Source of the DNA: Mobula hypostoma | Lineage: Eukaryota | Assembly (NCBI RefSeq): GCF_963921235.1 | Contig: NC_086097.1 | Coordinates: 219,172,001-219,236,000, forward strand | Reading direction: 5' to 3' | DNA length: 64,000 nucleotides | Shown here: positions 1-12,996 of the stretch, piece by piece | Numbering within the stretch: the first letter of the stretch is position 1 | How the letters are laid out: each line of letters begins with the position of its first letter | Notes under the pieces: generated by a model | Databases searched by the model: none | What the model was told of the DNA's origin: nothing | Seen by the model: the letters and a program-made list of their open reading frames with translations, nothing else | Translations under genes and position numbers: made by a program

Positions 1-1969
1 CTCGACCAACAGTGGTAGCAGGCAGACCGGAAAGCAGCTCTGCCTTAAAAATCATATTACATGGCATCTTTAGTTATCAAAAGTACTGTCATTTCTGTTG
101 AAGGTATTTTCCTCAATACCCCTCTAATTCTACAAATTACCTGTCCTTAGTTAACAACCGCCTTGCCATGGGAAATAATTGGTAATAATTGATCAAGACA
201 ACACATAAGCACTTGAGTGTAAATTTATTATTGTTTTTGTATTACAATTTATCTTCCATTGACACAAATGCAGAAGAGTTATGAATTTTTTTTGTATTTG
301 CCTCAGTGTTCCACAGCATTCACATAATACTTCCTGTGCAATGCATGGATGATTAGCTTGGCCATGTTATCAGAAACTTGTAACAACTTGAAGCAAGAAA
401 CAAGGCACTAAGATAATGAATATTCCTTCTAAACATTTTTACATGGGACATATAGAGAATTGAGAACACATTGTAAGGATAATTCTCTGCAACACAAGCC
501 CATCAATTGGGTTTCTACACACAGTTTGAAATTGTTCTTCTGAGACTAGAGTCCAATTTTTTTGTGCAAAATTGGTGAGCACAATGACCCCAGCAACAGT
601 CACCTTCAAATGCCTCTTCTGACATGCTGTATGTATAAGTAGAAGTTAATTCTACTGTTCAGCTTCATTTGTATTGTGACAACTTTTTCTCTGATTGGTG
701 AAGATTATGAAGACTGTTAGAAAATTTCCATATTGCAGGTTGAAATGGAAACAGTATCAAATTTTTTTTAAGTTAAGGACATGGAGGTAATTTGAGGCAA
801 GACTGAGGAAGTAAATTCAACCCACCCTTTTTCATTTGTTTACCAACTTATAAATGCCTGTTTTTCTAAAGGAGCTTGTATCCTTGCATTCTGGCAATGT
901 GTTACAGTAGTCTATCTGATTTTTCTTTAATTACTTAATTTCAGGTACTGAAAGTGATATGTCACTCAGTATACCTGTAAATACACCATTATATTTATAA
1001 TGCATATTTTTTTGGCCAATATCCTGAAAAGTAAATAGGGAAATTCCATGATTTATACCATTTGGTTACATAATGAATTAACATACAACCTCACATTTTT
1101 CTTTACTACAAACTTTGCACTATCCAATTTCATTGTAATTATGTTTTGCTGCATATTTAGCAGTGTTAGTAGCACCAAATCTAAACATTCAGAGCTCTGC
1201 TTCTTCGAGATAAACCAGAATTGTAAAGATTTATTATGATCACTGCCACAAGAGAAGTGGAACAAAAACTTTGCTTTCATTAACGTATTCAATTATTTTC
1301 TCTGAAATTTGTTAGTAACATTCTACTTGGGATTTGGGAGGAGGAAGAAAGAGATCTGGTCTTTTGATGAGGAAGTATAAATTTATTGCTACAGAAAATT
1401 TGCCAGGTCCCTGGATTTGTCTGCAGGTAGACTGGAGGAGGTGGATACAATAGAATCTTTTAAGGGATTCTTAAATACGTACATGGAGCTTAGAAAAATA
1501 GAGGTCTATGTGATAGGGAAATTCTAGACAGTTTTGAGAGTAGGCTACATGGTCAGCACAACGTTGTGGGCTGAAGGACCTGTAATGTGCTGTAGATTAC
1601 TAACTGCTTTAACCCCACCAAGAGGGCAGTGGGTCAACTAGTAGTAGCAAAAGATCTCTGTTGGAAACTGTACATGATTAAGGATTATATGAAGAAAGGA
1701 CAGCATAGAGCTCTGATAATATGCATGGTGAAACAGCCCTCTGGTTTTCCAAGCCTAAAATTACACAGTTCTGCTTATTTTGTCTACTTTATTTGATTTC
1801 TGTGGGAGTATCACAAGTCCATTGTGAGATATCATAGATGATGTTAACATCTGTGTGGAATTTCAATGCTGCAAGGTCTAGATTAATGTACTGGCAAGAT
1901 AATATGGAGTAGCTGGTGTACATTATGGCCTGGTATGGTTTAACTGCCTCAGTACTTGCACCACAAAGC

Positions 1970-2228
1970 TCACAAACAGTTCCTACCCCTCAATAGAACA
2001 AAAGGGGATAACTACAGTCACTTAAGGATTCTGTTACATTGATATTTCATGCTCATTATTTATTGCTATTAATTTGTATCTGAATTTGCAGAGTTTGTTG
2101 TCCATTGAACCTGTTTACAGTTACTGTTCTATAGATTTGCTAAGAATGCCTACAGGAAAATTATCTCAAGATTGTATATGATGACATGTATGTACTCTGA
2201 TAATAAATTTTACTTTGAACTTTTGAAC
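1970..2228 (+). mobile_element. Rex1/Babar-type LINE 3' tail
   Basis: Ends gataataaattttactttgaacttttgaac, the same tail type as at about 62020-62047. Confidence 0.6.
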
Positions 2229-2323
2229 CGTGATGTATAGATTTTATTTCCAAGGTAAATCCATTCAATTATGAATTGCAAAATTCTTTCAAAAACATTT
2301 TCTATATTTTTTCACAAATGTAG

Positions 2324-2444
2324 CGCCAACCATTCTGGGAATCCTGTATGTTGTCAAACCAAAGTGGAGCTTCCTTGAATCAAAAGCAGTCAAAAGATTT
2401 CTCAGCCTCAAAGAAACTGTTAGCAGTGGAGAAGCAGCTCAATG
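2324..2444 (+). CDS. Internal coding exon of unidentified host gene (RQPFWESCMLSNQSGASLNQKQSKDFSASKKLLAVEKQLN)
   Basis: Pyrimidine-rich acceptor ending tgtag, donor aatg|gtaag; 121 nt open in phase 0; ends in phase 1 and joins in frame to 12518 (G+AA = Glu). Confidence 0.75.
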
Positions 2445-2768
2445 GTAAGATTCCCTCTATTTAGTTCTTATTTGAGTGTTAGTCGTCATCTGTGATCTTC
2501 ACTACAAAATGACATTGCATTATGATTTCTGGGTATCTGCACAAAAATAGGAGGATTTTGGAGCGATGCAAATAGTAATAATGTTGAAGAACAGGAGTTG
2601 GTGTCCCTTCTGGGATATTGGAATCAGTTTACTAACATACAATGCCATAATAATTCAGACACTAGTTGAGTGTTAGCTCCCTATGTGGGTGGAGTTGGCA
2701 TATATTTCTCTAATATGGGTGCAGTATATAATACTCAGTGAGAGAAATTAACAATTCTTTAGTCTCTC

Positions 2769-4116
2769 CTATGTTCCCTGTAAGCTGTGCGCATGTGCGT
2801 GCACACACATTTTTCAACCAGCACACAAAGGAAATTAATGTGCACACAAAACGTTAGTTACCTAAAATAATGTCGTAATCAATAATTATACTTATTGAAA
2901 ATAATCTTTTAGCTAAATGTTTCTGTTATCTAGTTAGTCAGTTTTTCAAATACCACAATGCATGTCACTAATTTATGTCACCTCACCTTTCCTGTTCCGG
3001 TTTGTACAGCTGCATCACGGTGGCAGCCATCTTTGGTGGGCAGTGTTCATATCGTAAAGTTTACAAAGATCTGTTTCAAATCCTGTAGATAGTTTACTAA
3101 GTTTTTATCCAAAAAGATCAGTCAAATGACCCTGTGGCTAGATACTGTCACAAGAAATTGATAAACATCACATACAAAGTAGCTTTACAGGTTTTAAGTG
3201 ATTTCTTTGATGAACTGGCTGCACGGTGCAAGATTCTGCAAAAGAGTAGCCTGACACTGATTGATTCACTTCATCTTGCGCGAGGCGAAATTAACAAGAT
3301 AAGAAAGCAGTATCTGGGAGACAATGTTTCATGGAGTGACAAAGTTAAAGTTTTGCTAAGCCAACAACGTGAAGAAAACGTCACAGTAGATACAAATTCG
3401 CTGTTGACTTTTATAAATAGTCTTTGTGTTCATTTAGAAGAAAGATTTCCTGAAGATGAGGTACAAGAATGATCAGCTTTTGATTTCTCCGCAATTGCAG
3501 ATTGTGACTTCACAATTGACAATGAACAAGTTAATGCCTTATGTCTAAAATATCATGATTTTCTAGCTGAAAATACTGTGATGGTTAGACAGTTTAATGA
3601 TTTCAAATTTTCAGTGTAAGAAAAAATTAAATCCAAACTAATTTCAAACTTTGCTCAAATGGTGGCATTTGTACTTCAAAATGAACAGTTTTGCGACCTT
3701 GCACTGTTGATGGACATTGGGGGAACCTTTCTTGCTTCTAGTGCGGACTGTGAGCGAGGTTTTAGCCTAATGAATCAACTCAAAAACAAGCTGAGAAACC
3801 GTTTAGGTGAATGTCATTTGGATATGTTAATGAGAATCAAAAACTATCAAATGGATGGACGTTCTATTAGTCTAGATAGAATTTTTAAAAAATGGGTAAA
3901 TGCCAAAGACAGGAGAGAGAAAAAATAACTGAGTGATTTAAATATGTGTGTTATTTTGTTATTATTCTGTGCAGTTTTATGTCAAATTTTTATGTAAACC
4001 TACATAAACTGTGCCATGTGTGCATTCAGTGCGCACATACTTTTGTCACAGGAAAAAAATTTGCACAACATAAGATTTTTGTGCACACTGACTACTAAGA
4101 ATTAGAGGGAACATTG
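2769..4116 (+). mobile_element. Internally deleted hAT transposon (ZNF862/Tip100-like transposase remnant)
   Basis: Imperfect TIRs ctatgttccctgtaa / ttagagggaacattg; ORF 3659..3928 has the hAT dimerisation motif SSADCERGFSLMNQLKNKLRNRL; in-frame stops between ORFs; no TSD retained. Confidence 0.85.
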
Positions 4117-5025
4117 AGGAATGTATACAGTATATGACCTGAAATTCATAGTCTTTGCAAACATCCACGATAAACTAGCAGAACCCCAAAAGAATGAATG
4201 ACAGTAAAACGATAGAACCCAAAAGCCCCCTCTCCTCTCTCTTTCCCCCACCCACTTCGGCAAAGAGCATCAGTGTCCACCGTCCACCAAGCAAGCAATA
4301 GCAAAACGCCCAAAGAGAGACCATGATCTGCAGTCAACAAAAACTATTGTTTACCTGACGGTTTGACATGCCAGAGGCTCTATCCTTTTCACTAACAAGG
4401 GAGAGAGAGGTGTCACCCATTCCACAACGAAAGGGGAGACCATCAACAGCCACTGTTACGATCTTACAGTCTGCCACGTCGCTTTTTATTCTGTGATTCC
4501 CTGACTAGAGAATCAGTGGCAAACTCCCCCCACCATCAAGAGAAAGAGAGAGGGTGAGCGATCATTCGAGTAGCGAGACCTCCATATGCGGCATCTGCCA
4601 CTGCGAAAGCCGTGTGTTCTTTCTTCCACAACACCTCAGTTGGTGGCACTCAAATTGCACGCCAGCAGCTTCCATGCCACGCCTGCAGGATGTTGGAAAA
4701 TGACCGGTTAGTCAGTGAGCTCCAAAAATGGGAACTCATCATCGTGAAAAAACGAAACAATAAATCTTTGCAATTCTGTTCTTTGGTTTCATTTATTACA
4801 AATAAGTGTTAATACTGAAGTGACTATGAAATAAAGTGCAGGCAGTGGAAATCTAAAATATCGACAGAAAATGGCAGAAATACTCAGTGGGTCAGGTCAC
4901 AAATGGAAAGAGAAACATTTCAGGTCAAAGGCTCTTTATTAGATCTGGGACGGAGACTAAAGAAGTGTGTAACTGCAGGGAGGAGGAGTGGGGTTGGTGT
5001 CATTAATCAGGTAAAATGGGGTGAT

Positions 5026-6556
5026 CATAAGACCATAAGACCATAAGACAAAGGAGCAGAAATCGGCCATTCGGCCCATCGAGTCTGCTCCACCATTTTA
5101 TCATGAGCTGATCCATTCTCCCATTTAGTCCCATTCCCCGCCTTCTCACCATAACCCTTAATGCCCTGGCTACTCAGATACCTATCAATCTCTGCCTTAA
5201 ATACACCCAATGGCCTCCACTGCTGGCCGTGGCAACAAATTCCATAGATTCACCACCCTCTAACTAAAATAATTTCTTCGCATTTCTGTTCTGAATGGGC
5301 ACCCTTCAATCCTTAAGTCATGACCTCCCCCATCATGGGAAACAATTTTGCCACGTCCACTCTGCCCATGCCTTTCAACATTCGAAATGTTTCTATGAGG
5401 TCTCCCCTCATTCTTCTAAACTCCAAGGAATACAGTCCAAGAGCGGACAAATGTTCCTCATATGTTAACCCTCTGATTCCCGGAATCATTCTAGTGAATC
5501 TTCTCAGTACCCTCTCCAACGTCAGCACATCCTTTCTTAAATAAGGAGACCAAAACTGCCCGCAGTACTCCAAGTGAGGTCTCACCAGCGCCTTATAGAG
5601 CCTCAACATCACATCCCTGCTCCTATACTCTATTCCTCCCAAAATGAATGCCAACATTGCATTCGCCTTCTTCATCACCGACTCAACCTGGAGGTTAACC
5701 TTAAGGGTATCCTGTACGAGGACTCCCAAGTCCCGTTGCATCTCAGAACTTTGAATTCTTTCCCCATTTAAATAATAGTCTGTCCATTTATTTCTTCTGC
5801 CAAAGTGCCAAACCATACACTTTCCAACATTGTATTTCATTTGCTACTTCTTTGCCCATTCTTCCAATCTATCCAAGTCTCTCCGCAGACTCTCCGTTTC
5901 CTCAGCACTACCGGCCCCTCCACCTATCTTCGTATCGTCAGCAAACTTAGCCACAAAGCCATCTATTCCATAATCCAAATCATTGATGTACAATGTAAAA
6001 AGAAGCGGCCCCTGTGGAACACCACTAGTAACTGGCAGCCAACAAGAATAGGATCCCTTTATTCCCACTCTCTGTTTCCTGCCAATCAGCCAATGCTCTA
6101 TCCACGTATGTAACTTTCCCATAATTCCATGGGCTCTTATCTTGTTAAGTAGCCTCATGTGTGGCACCTTGTCAAAGGCCTTCTGAAAATCCAAATATAC
6201 AACATCCACTGCATCTCCCTTGTCTAGCCTACTTGTAATTTCCTCAAAAAATTGTAATAGGTTTGTCAGGCAGGATCTTCCTTTAAGGAATCCATGCTGA
6301 GTTCTGCCTATCTTGTCATATGCCTCCAGGTACTCCGTAACCTCATTCTTGACAATCGACTCCAGCAACTTCCCAACCATCGATGTCAAGCTAACAGGTC
6401 TAGAATTTCCTTTTTGCTTCCTTGCCCCCTTCTTAAATAGCAGAGTGACATTTGCAATCTTCCAGTCCTCCGGAACCATGCCAGAATCTGTCGACTTTCG
6501 AAAGATCATCGCTAATGCCTCCGCAATCTCCACAGCTACTTCCTTCAGAACACGAG
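5026..6556 (-). mobile_element. CR1 LINE, 5'-truncated ORF2 with 3' tail
   Basis: ORFs 5844..6533 and 5313..5840 with QHGFLKGRSCLTNL, YLDFQKAFDKVPH, FADDTK; (cataagac)n tail at 5026. Confidence 0.95.
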
Positions 6557-7821
6557 TGTGAAGATAAGCTGTAAAAAAGGTTATCTTAGGCAGTAGTCAA
6601 CATAGTTTCCTCAAGGGAAAATCTTGCCTGACAAATTTGTTGGAATTCTTTGAAGAAATAACAAGCAGGATAGATAAAGGAGAATCGGATGATGTTGTGT
6701 ACTTGGATTTCTAGAAAGCCTTTGACAAGCTGCCACACATTGTGCTGCTTAACAAGTGAAGAGCCAATGGTATCACAGGAAAGATACTAGCATGCATAAA
6801 GCAGTTCCTGATTCCAGGAGGCAGAGAGTAGGAATAAAGGGAGCCTTTTCTGGTTGGCTGCCGGAGACTAGTGGTGTTCCATAGGGGTCTGTATTGGGTC
6901 TGGTTGTTTATATGTTATATGTCAATGACTGGATGACAGAATTGAATACTGTGTTGCAAAGTTTGTAGTTAGTATGAAGATAGGTGGAGGGGCAGGTAAT
7001 ATTGAGGAAGTAGAGAGACTACAGAAGGACTTGGGTAGATTAGGAGAATGGGCAAAGAAGTGGCAGATGTTGGGAAGTGTATGGTCATGAACTTTGGTAG
7101 AAGAAAAAGGCTTGTCTATCTTCTAAATGCAGAGAAAATTCAAACATCTGAGGTGCAAAGGGAGTTGGGAGTCCTTGAGCAGGATTCCATAAAGGTTCAT
7201 TTGCACATTGAATCAGTGGTGAGGTAGGCAAATGTGATGTCAGCATTCATCTCAAGAGGACTAGAATATAAAAACAAGGATGTAAGCAGTTTTGGGCCCC
7301 TTATCTTAGAAAGGATGTGCTGACACTGGAGAGGGTGCAAAGGAGGTCCACAAAAATGCTTCCAGGATTGCACGGTTTGTCATATGAAGAGAACCTGATG
7401 GCTCTGGGCCTATATTCACTAGAATTCAGAAGAATGAGAGGTCACTGAATTGAAACCTCTCAAATGTTGAAAGGCTTTGATAGAGTGGATGTGGGGAGGA
7501 TGTTTACTTTGGTGGGAGAGTCTAAGACCAGAGGAGACAGCCTCAGAATCGAGCAGTGTCCTTTTAGAATGGAGATAAGGAGGGATTTCTTGAGCCATAG
7601 AGTGGTGAATCTGTGGAATTCGTTGCACAGGCAGCTGCGAAGGCCAAGTCTAGCTATATTTAAGGCAGAAGTTGATAGATTCTTGATTAGTCAAGGCATG
7701 AAGGGATATGGAGAGGAGGCAGGAGACTGGGGCTGAGGAGCAGCATGATGAAATGGCGAAGCTGACTCCATGGACCAAATTGTCTAATTCTGCTCTTATA
7801 TCTTAAAGTCTTGTGGTCTTA
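6557..7821 (+). mobile_element. CR1 LINE fragment, more decayed
   Basis: Same RT-to-tail region in opposite orientation; ORF 7464..7736 is the CR1 C-terminus. Confidence 0.9.
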
Positions 7822-8264
7822 TCTAGCTATTGTGTGACTGGGGACAGTTAGAGAGAGGGAACATAGACAAAATAGTGTCATAATAGCAAAAAGCAGAGCA
7901 GGTTAGGCTGGGTTCTGCTCCAAGGGGGGAAGAGAAAAGATATATATATATTGAGCCAACATCACAGATAAACAACTGATACAGGCACAGAAGTTAAGAT
8001 CATATTGAGTCCAGAATGCTGACACAATGGAGATACTGTTCCTCCAGCTTGCTTTGTAACCATGGAAGAACCTACGGACCAATAGGCCAGAGTGATACTG
8101 AAACGGAGAATTAAAGTGTAGACAACAGAAAGTTCAGGGTTACTTACTCCTGCTGGCTGAATGAAAGTGCTCTGTCAAAGTTGTCACGCAATTTTGATTT
8201 TTCTAATGTAGGGGAGGAGTGACCCATGGTATGAACTTGGAAAGCTGGATTGGACAAAATGCAG

Positions 8265-8490
8265 ACAACAGGAATTCTGCAGATGCTGGAAATTCAAGCA
8301 ACATACATCAAAGTTGCTGGTGAACGCAGCAGGCCAAGCAGCATCTATAGGAAGAGGCGCAATCGACGTTTCAGGCCGAGACCCTTCGCCAGGTCCTGAC
8401 GAAGGGTCTCGGCCTGAAACGTCGACTGCGCCTCTTCCTATAGATGCTGCTTGGCCTGCTGCGTTCACCAGCAACTTTGGTGTATGTTGC
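8265..8490. mobile_element. Penelope-derived palindromic terminal-repeat element
   Basis: 99-bp inverted arms centred on 8394; 15-bp direct repeat ttggacaaaatgcag at 8250-8264 and 8491-8505. Confidence 0.85.
8392..8427 (+). ncRNA. Minimal type I hammerhead ribozyme (Penelope-type)
   Basis: ggtc-CTGACGA-agggtctcggcct-GAAA-cgTC-gact; the mirror copy on the - strand has CTGGCGA. Confidence 0.75.
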
Positions 8491-9089
8491 TTGGACAAAA
8501 TGCAGCTTCACTTGGAAAGTATGTTTGGTTCTGTGGATAGTGAGAAGGGAAGAAGTGAAAGAACAAGTATTGTATAGCTTTAGGTTGCAAGGAAAGTGTT
8601 CTAAAAAGAGATTGGTTGGTGGAAACAGAAGAGCTCAATGCCGAAGTAATCTCTACATTCCTTTTCTTATTTCACCCACCAACTTTTTCACTCTATGGAG
8701 CAGGGGTTCCCACCTTTTTTTATGCCATGGAGTCTTACCATTAACCTAGAGTCTGTGGACTCCAAGTTGGGAACCCCTGGTATAGAGTGGCGCACACAAA
8801 ATGCAATCCGGCAGCATCTATGGAGGGGAATGAACAGTCAACGTTTTGGCTTGAGACCCTTCATTAGGACTGCTTATAAACAAGTGTTTAGGAAATAGAT
8901 TATAAACAGTTTACAGGAACAGAACTATACCGTAACCTGTAAACACGTCTAATTAGTGTGAATTAAATGGCTGCCAGTTGTATATCATGCATAGATTTCA
9001 AGCCAATAGTTGGTCATTTTGTTCAGTAGCTTCAACTGAAACTCAAGTTACCAAATAAATTCTGCAAAGCTCATTACATTACTGATGGA

Positions 9090-9970
9090 CAGTAGATTTA
9101 GTTGATTTGAAATCTATAATTCTTGGTGATGAACGATAATTGTTATTTGCCACTGACACAAAAGTCAGTGGGAGGGCATGTTGCGTTGAGGATATTATGT
9201 TTGTGCAGCTGGGTATAGACAGGTTGAGGACAGACAAAATGACTTTAATGTGGGAAAGTGTGAGATCATGAACTTTGGTAAGACAAGTCTAAAGGAATGA
9301 AATGAAAAACTAATAGAAATGAACAAAATGCAGAGGAACTTTGGTCTTGTGCAGAAATTGCAAAGTGTTAGCATGCAGGTTTAGTAAGTGGTCAGGAAGA
9401 CAAATGTCATAAGGGACAAGAGGGATGGGGTTTAGTAGTTATAATTGTAGTGTGATCACAGCTGGAGTATTGTGTCTAGTGCTGGTCCCCATAATTTAAA
9501 AAAAAGATGTACTTGCAACAAAGACATTCAAATGAGATTCACTAAGCTAATTCATAGTATGAGTGGGGTGTCCTATCACAAGCCACTGTAGCAATCAGAA
9601 CTCTGTTCTTTGTAGCTCAGCAGAATGAGTAGTAATGTTATTGAAACATAAAAGTCCTTAAAGGGTAGATCTTCACTCATTTTCACCTATCACTGAATCT
9701 CAAATGATGGACATAATTGCAAAATTACAGGGCGGTCATTTAAAAGGTCTGTACCAACTTCTCCTTTAAGAGTGGAGTGAGATGGAAATTAGATTATTGG
9801 TAGTATTCAAAAAAGAAGCAGACAAACTTCTGGAAACTTCAGGAAATCCAGGCTGTGCAGACCTTGCATAGAAGTGGAGTTGAAGCTTGGTGCAGAGCAA
9901 TCATGATTGTATAGAATGACAGGGCAAGCTTGAAGAGCCGAGAGGTAACTCCAGGTCCTTTTTTCTTATG
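9090..9970 (+). mobile_element. Old CR1 remnant
   Basis: Decayed DTKVSG / FNVGKCEIMNFG / LEYCV motifs and 3' region. Confidence 0.7.
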
Positions 9971-10679
9971 TACTGTACACCCTGCATTGGATTTCATTAA
10001 GAAACTACTGAATATGTACAGTTTACAATTGGTCTGGAATTTCAATCCTTCATTACAGCTCCTCAATCTTTGCTAAATATAGTGAGATACTCATTACACA
10101 ACAATATTAGTGATATGTATGTCATTATTGCTCAACATATATCAACAGTTCAAAGTGTTGTAGATTTTAACCATTCTTAGCATCAGCATTGAGGATAACC
10201 TCTGAGGAAAATAGTTGTATATAGAGTTCAGGAAGTGGAGTGATGCTGTAGCAAAATAGTTAAGTAAAAGATCAGGAATTAATTCATAGATGCAAGCCTG
10301 CAAAGTAGCATGAGAGGATAAATGTTGTGACACCCAGGATTATTTTTAAGGTATGCAGCCATGATGAAAGTCAAAGATTTGAAAACGAACTCATCTCATG
10401 CCAGGTAAGTCAAAGACTATGCATAATGTGCTTCAGAAATTTCCTCACAGTTAGGGGACCCTCAGTGGCAAGTCTTCTGCTTCGCACTGAGCAAGATCAT
10501 TAAGTCCATGTTTGCAGCAGAACCTCCCCTTCTGGATTACCCATGGCCCTCACACTCCTGTTCGGTCTTCCTCGGGCATAGATCATGCAACAGATTACAG
10601 AAAGTGCAAGAGATGACTACAAACTATGCATATCTTTTGGAGACTTCAATACAGTACATCCCAGATGAATAAATTTTAT

Positions 10680-10945
10680 TTAGTTAGTTATTTACAGTGC
10701 GGAACAGGTTCTTCCAGTCCAACCAGCCACACTGCCCAGCAACACCAGGACTACTTACAATGATCAATTACCCACTACGTCTTTGGACTGTGAGAGGAAA
10801 CAGGAACATCCGGAGGAATCCCACTCTCTCACGGGGAGAAAGTACAAACTCCGTTACAGACGGCGCCAGAATTGAACTCTGAACTCCGGAACAGCCTGAG
10901 CTGTAATAGCATTGTGTGAACTGCTACTCTACTGTGGCGCACTCA
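10680..10945 (-). mobile_element. tRNA-derived SINE (V-SINE/HE1-like)
   Basis: - strand A/B-box-like head (gagttcaattct) followed by ggagtttgtactttctccccgtg, typical of the V-domain. Confidence 0.65.
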
Positions 10946-10984
10946 TCTCCATCTGATTTGTAGGGAGCTGATGGCTTGCAGATT

Positions 10985-11515
10985 TAAGAGCAGGCTTTAT
11001 GGTGATTGAAGGTTGTTCCTCAGAATGGAGGCCAGTGACTAGTGGTGTGCTGCTGGGCTTTGTGTTGGAACTCTTGTTCTTTGATATGTATATTATGATA
11101 TTCAATATTTATATAAGTGATTTGGGTGCCTATACGCAATGCTTGATCAGTAGCTTTGCAGATCACATGAAATTAGGAGGTGTTGTTGGTAGTGAATAAA
11201 ATTATCGTGGGTTACATAGGGATCTTGATCAGTTTGAGTAGTGGGTCGAGGAGTGGCAATGGATTTTTGGACAGATAAGTGCAAAGTGATGCATTTTAGA
11301 AAGTCAAACCAGCTTAGGAATTATATATAAGCTTGCTAGTGCACTAGGGATTGTAATGGAACAGTGAGGCTTAAGAGTGCATGTTCACTGCTCATTGAAA
11401 GCACCCATCACAGCTAGACAGCATAGTGAAAAAGGCATTTAGCATGCTAGCCTTCAATGTGTCAGGGCAATGAGTCTAGGAGTTTTGACATTATGTTGCA
11501 GTTGTATAAGTCATT
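10985..11515 (+). mobile_element. CR1 remnant
   Basis: ORF 10999..11199 has WRPVTSGV and FADHMKLGGVV. Confidence 0.8.
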
Positions 11516-11850
11516 GGACGTGGCTTAAGAGGGATACAGGCCTAACACAGGAAATTCCCTTGTCAACTTGTGCCTTCCCACTAAGCTTCCTCCTGGCACG
11601 TATCCCTACAAACATCAGAAATGCTATACTTGCCCATTTACCTACTTGCCCATTTACCTTCTTGTTACCTCCATTCAGGTCCCCAACAGTCCTTCCAGGT
11701 GAATACTTCACCTGCGAATCTTTTGGGGGTCATCTATTGTATCCAGTGTTCCCATTGCTGCCTCCTCTCCATTGGTGAGACCCGACATAAATTGGGGGCC
11801 ACTTGTCGAGCACCAAGTCTCCATGTGCTAAAAGTGGAACTTCATTAGTT
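11516..11850 (+). mobile_element. Penelope-like element GIY-YIG endonuclease fragment
   Basis: Frameshifted SFQV / FTCES / GVIYCIQCSHCCLLSIGETRHKLG. Confidence 0.8.
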
Positions 11851-11934
11851 GAAGTGCAATTATGCCAATCCACCATTCTTAAAATTTTCTCAAGATAGTC
11901 TTACCGCAATAAAAAATGTTGTGTTCAATATTAA

Positions 11935-12146
11935 AAACGCAAACACAAGGAAATCTGCAGATGTTGGAAATTCAAGCAACACATATCAAAGTTGCTGGTG
12001 AACGCAGCAGGCCAGGCAGCATCTCTAGGAAGAGCTACACTATCTCTTCTTTCAGTTAGTCCTGACGAAGGGTCTCAGCCCGAAACGTCAACTGTACCTC
12101 TTCCTAGAGATGCTGCCTGGCCTGCTGCATTCACCAGTAACTTTTG
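11935..12146. mobile_element. Penelope-derived palindromic element with hammerhead at 12058-12093 (+)
   Basis: Inverted arms; agtc-CTGACGA-agggtctcagccc-GAAA-cgTC-aact; 19-bp direct repeat atgttgtgttcaatattaa at 11916-11934 and 12147-12165. Confidence 0.85.
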
Positions 12147-12517
12147 ATGTTGTGTTCAATATTAATTGTTTTTCTTATTAAAAAGAAGTAAACTGCAAAA
12201 CTTAATGCAGTAGAATCAGTGAAATGTAGGTTAGATATATTCCTTAAACCTGTTCATTTAATGCTATATTTTTGTGGACTTGACTAATAATGAAGTTTTC
12301 TGAGGCATTATCCCTCGGTATGCAGGATATCATATTTTTAGTAAACACTGGTTAATCATTTCTAGTATTTTTAGATTTCTTTTTTTTATAATTACTTTTT
12401 TTTTAGTTCATCTTTATCGCAGTTAATTTGATTTTTTTTTTAATTTTACATTTGAGAATCTCATTTACTTTGTTAGTGTCTGGAACCAAGACTAAATTAA
12501 ACCTATTCTTATTACAG

Positions 12518-12996
12518 AACTTGACAAGGATCTTGCTGCAAAAGCACTAACAATTGAATCTGAAATGCAACGGAGTTCCAGTATTCAAAGTAGAATAAGT
12601 ATGTCAAATTACCATGGAAGTCTGTCGCAAACATTATTGGGCCAAAGTTCTAGACCTCAAATACCATCAGGTCCTATTGGGAAAGATTTTCCACTGATCC
12701 AAGGAAGCAAACTATTGCAGAGTTCCAGTAACCAAAGCAGCAGGCCAGAGACTCCAAATGGCCAGCATACCAGATCTCGAACATCATCAGCACAAGCAAG
12801 CAGGCCTGCAACGCTGAACAGTCAATTATTTCAAAGTCCGCTTTCTAGCCAACCAGTGACTAAAGAAGAAGCATTCAGTAATCCAAAGAACAAACTGACA
12901 ACATTTACAACTCAAGCTGGGAGATCCCTTGGTTCTCCAATTAGTCAGGCTGGAGTTACAGCTGGGAATATTTCACAAAGGAGCTATTTTTCAGAG
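12518..12996 (+). CDS. Internal coding exon of host gene, Ser/Gln-rich (ELDKDLAAKALTIESEMQRSSSIQ...SQRSYFSE)
   Basis: Acceptor ctattcttattacag, donor gag|gtgaga; 479 nt open, non-TE; covers most of ORF 12565..13020; phase 1 in, phase 0 out. Confidence 0.85.

Noticed and set aside
739..786. Possible upstream exon (ttgcag|...gag|gtaatt)
   Set aside because: The frame needed to join 2324 contains TAA.
3134..3928. Domesticated ZNF862-like gene
   Set aside because: In-frame stops, missing N-terminal part and flanking TIRs indicate a decayed transposon.
5026..7821. Twin-priming inversion of a single CR1
   Set aside because: Both halves cover the same ORF2 region, each has its own 3' tail, and they differ in decay.
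8184..8577. Two ORFs on opposite strands with nearly identical peptides
   Set aside because: Artefact of the DNA palindrome; the same pseudo-peptides recur at 20562-21159.
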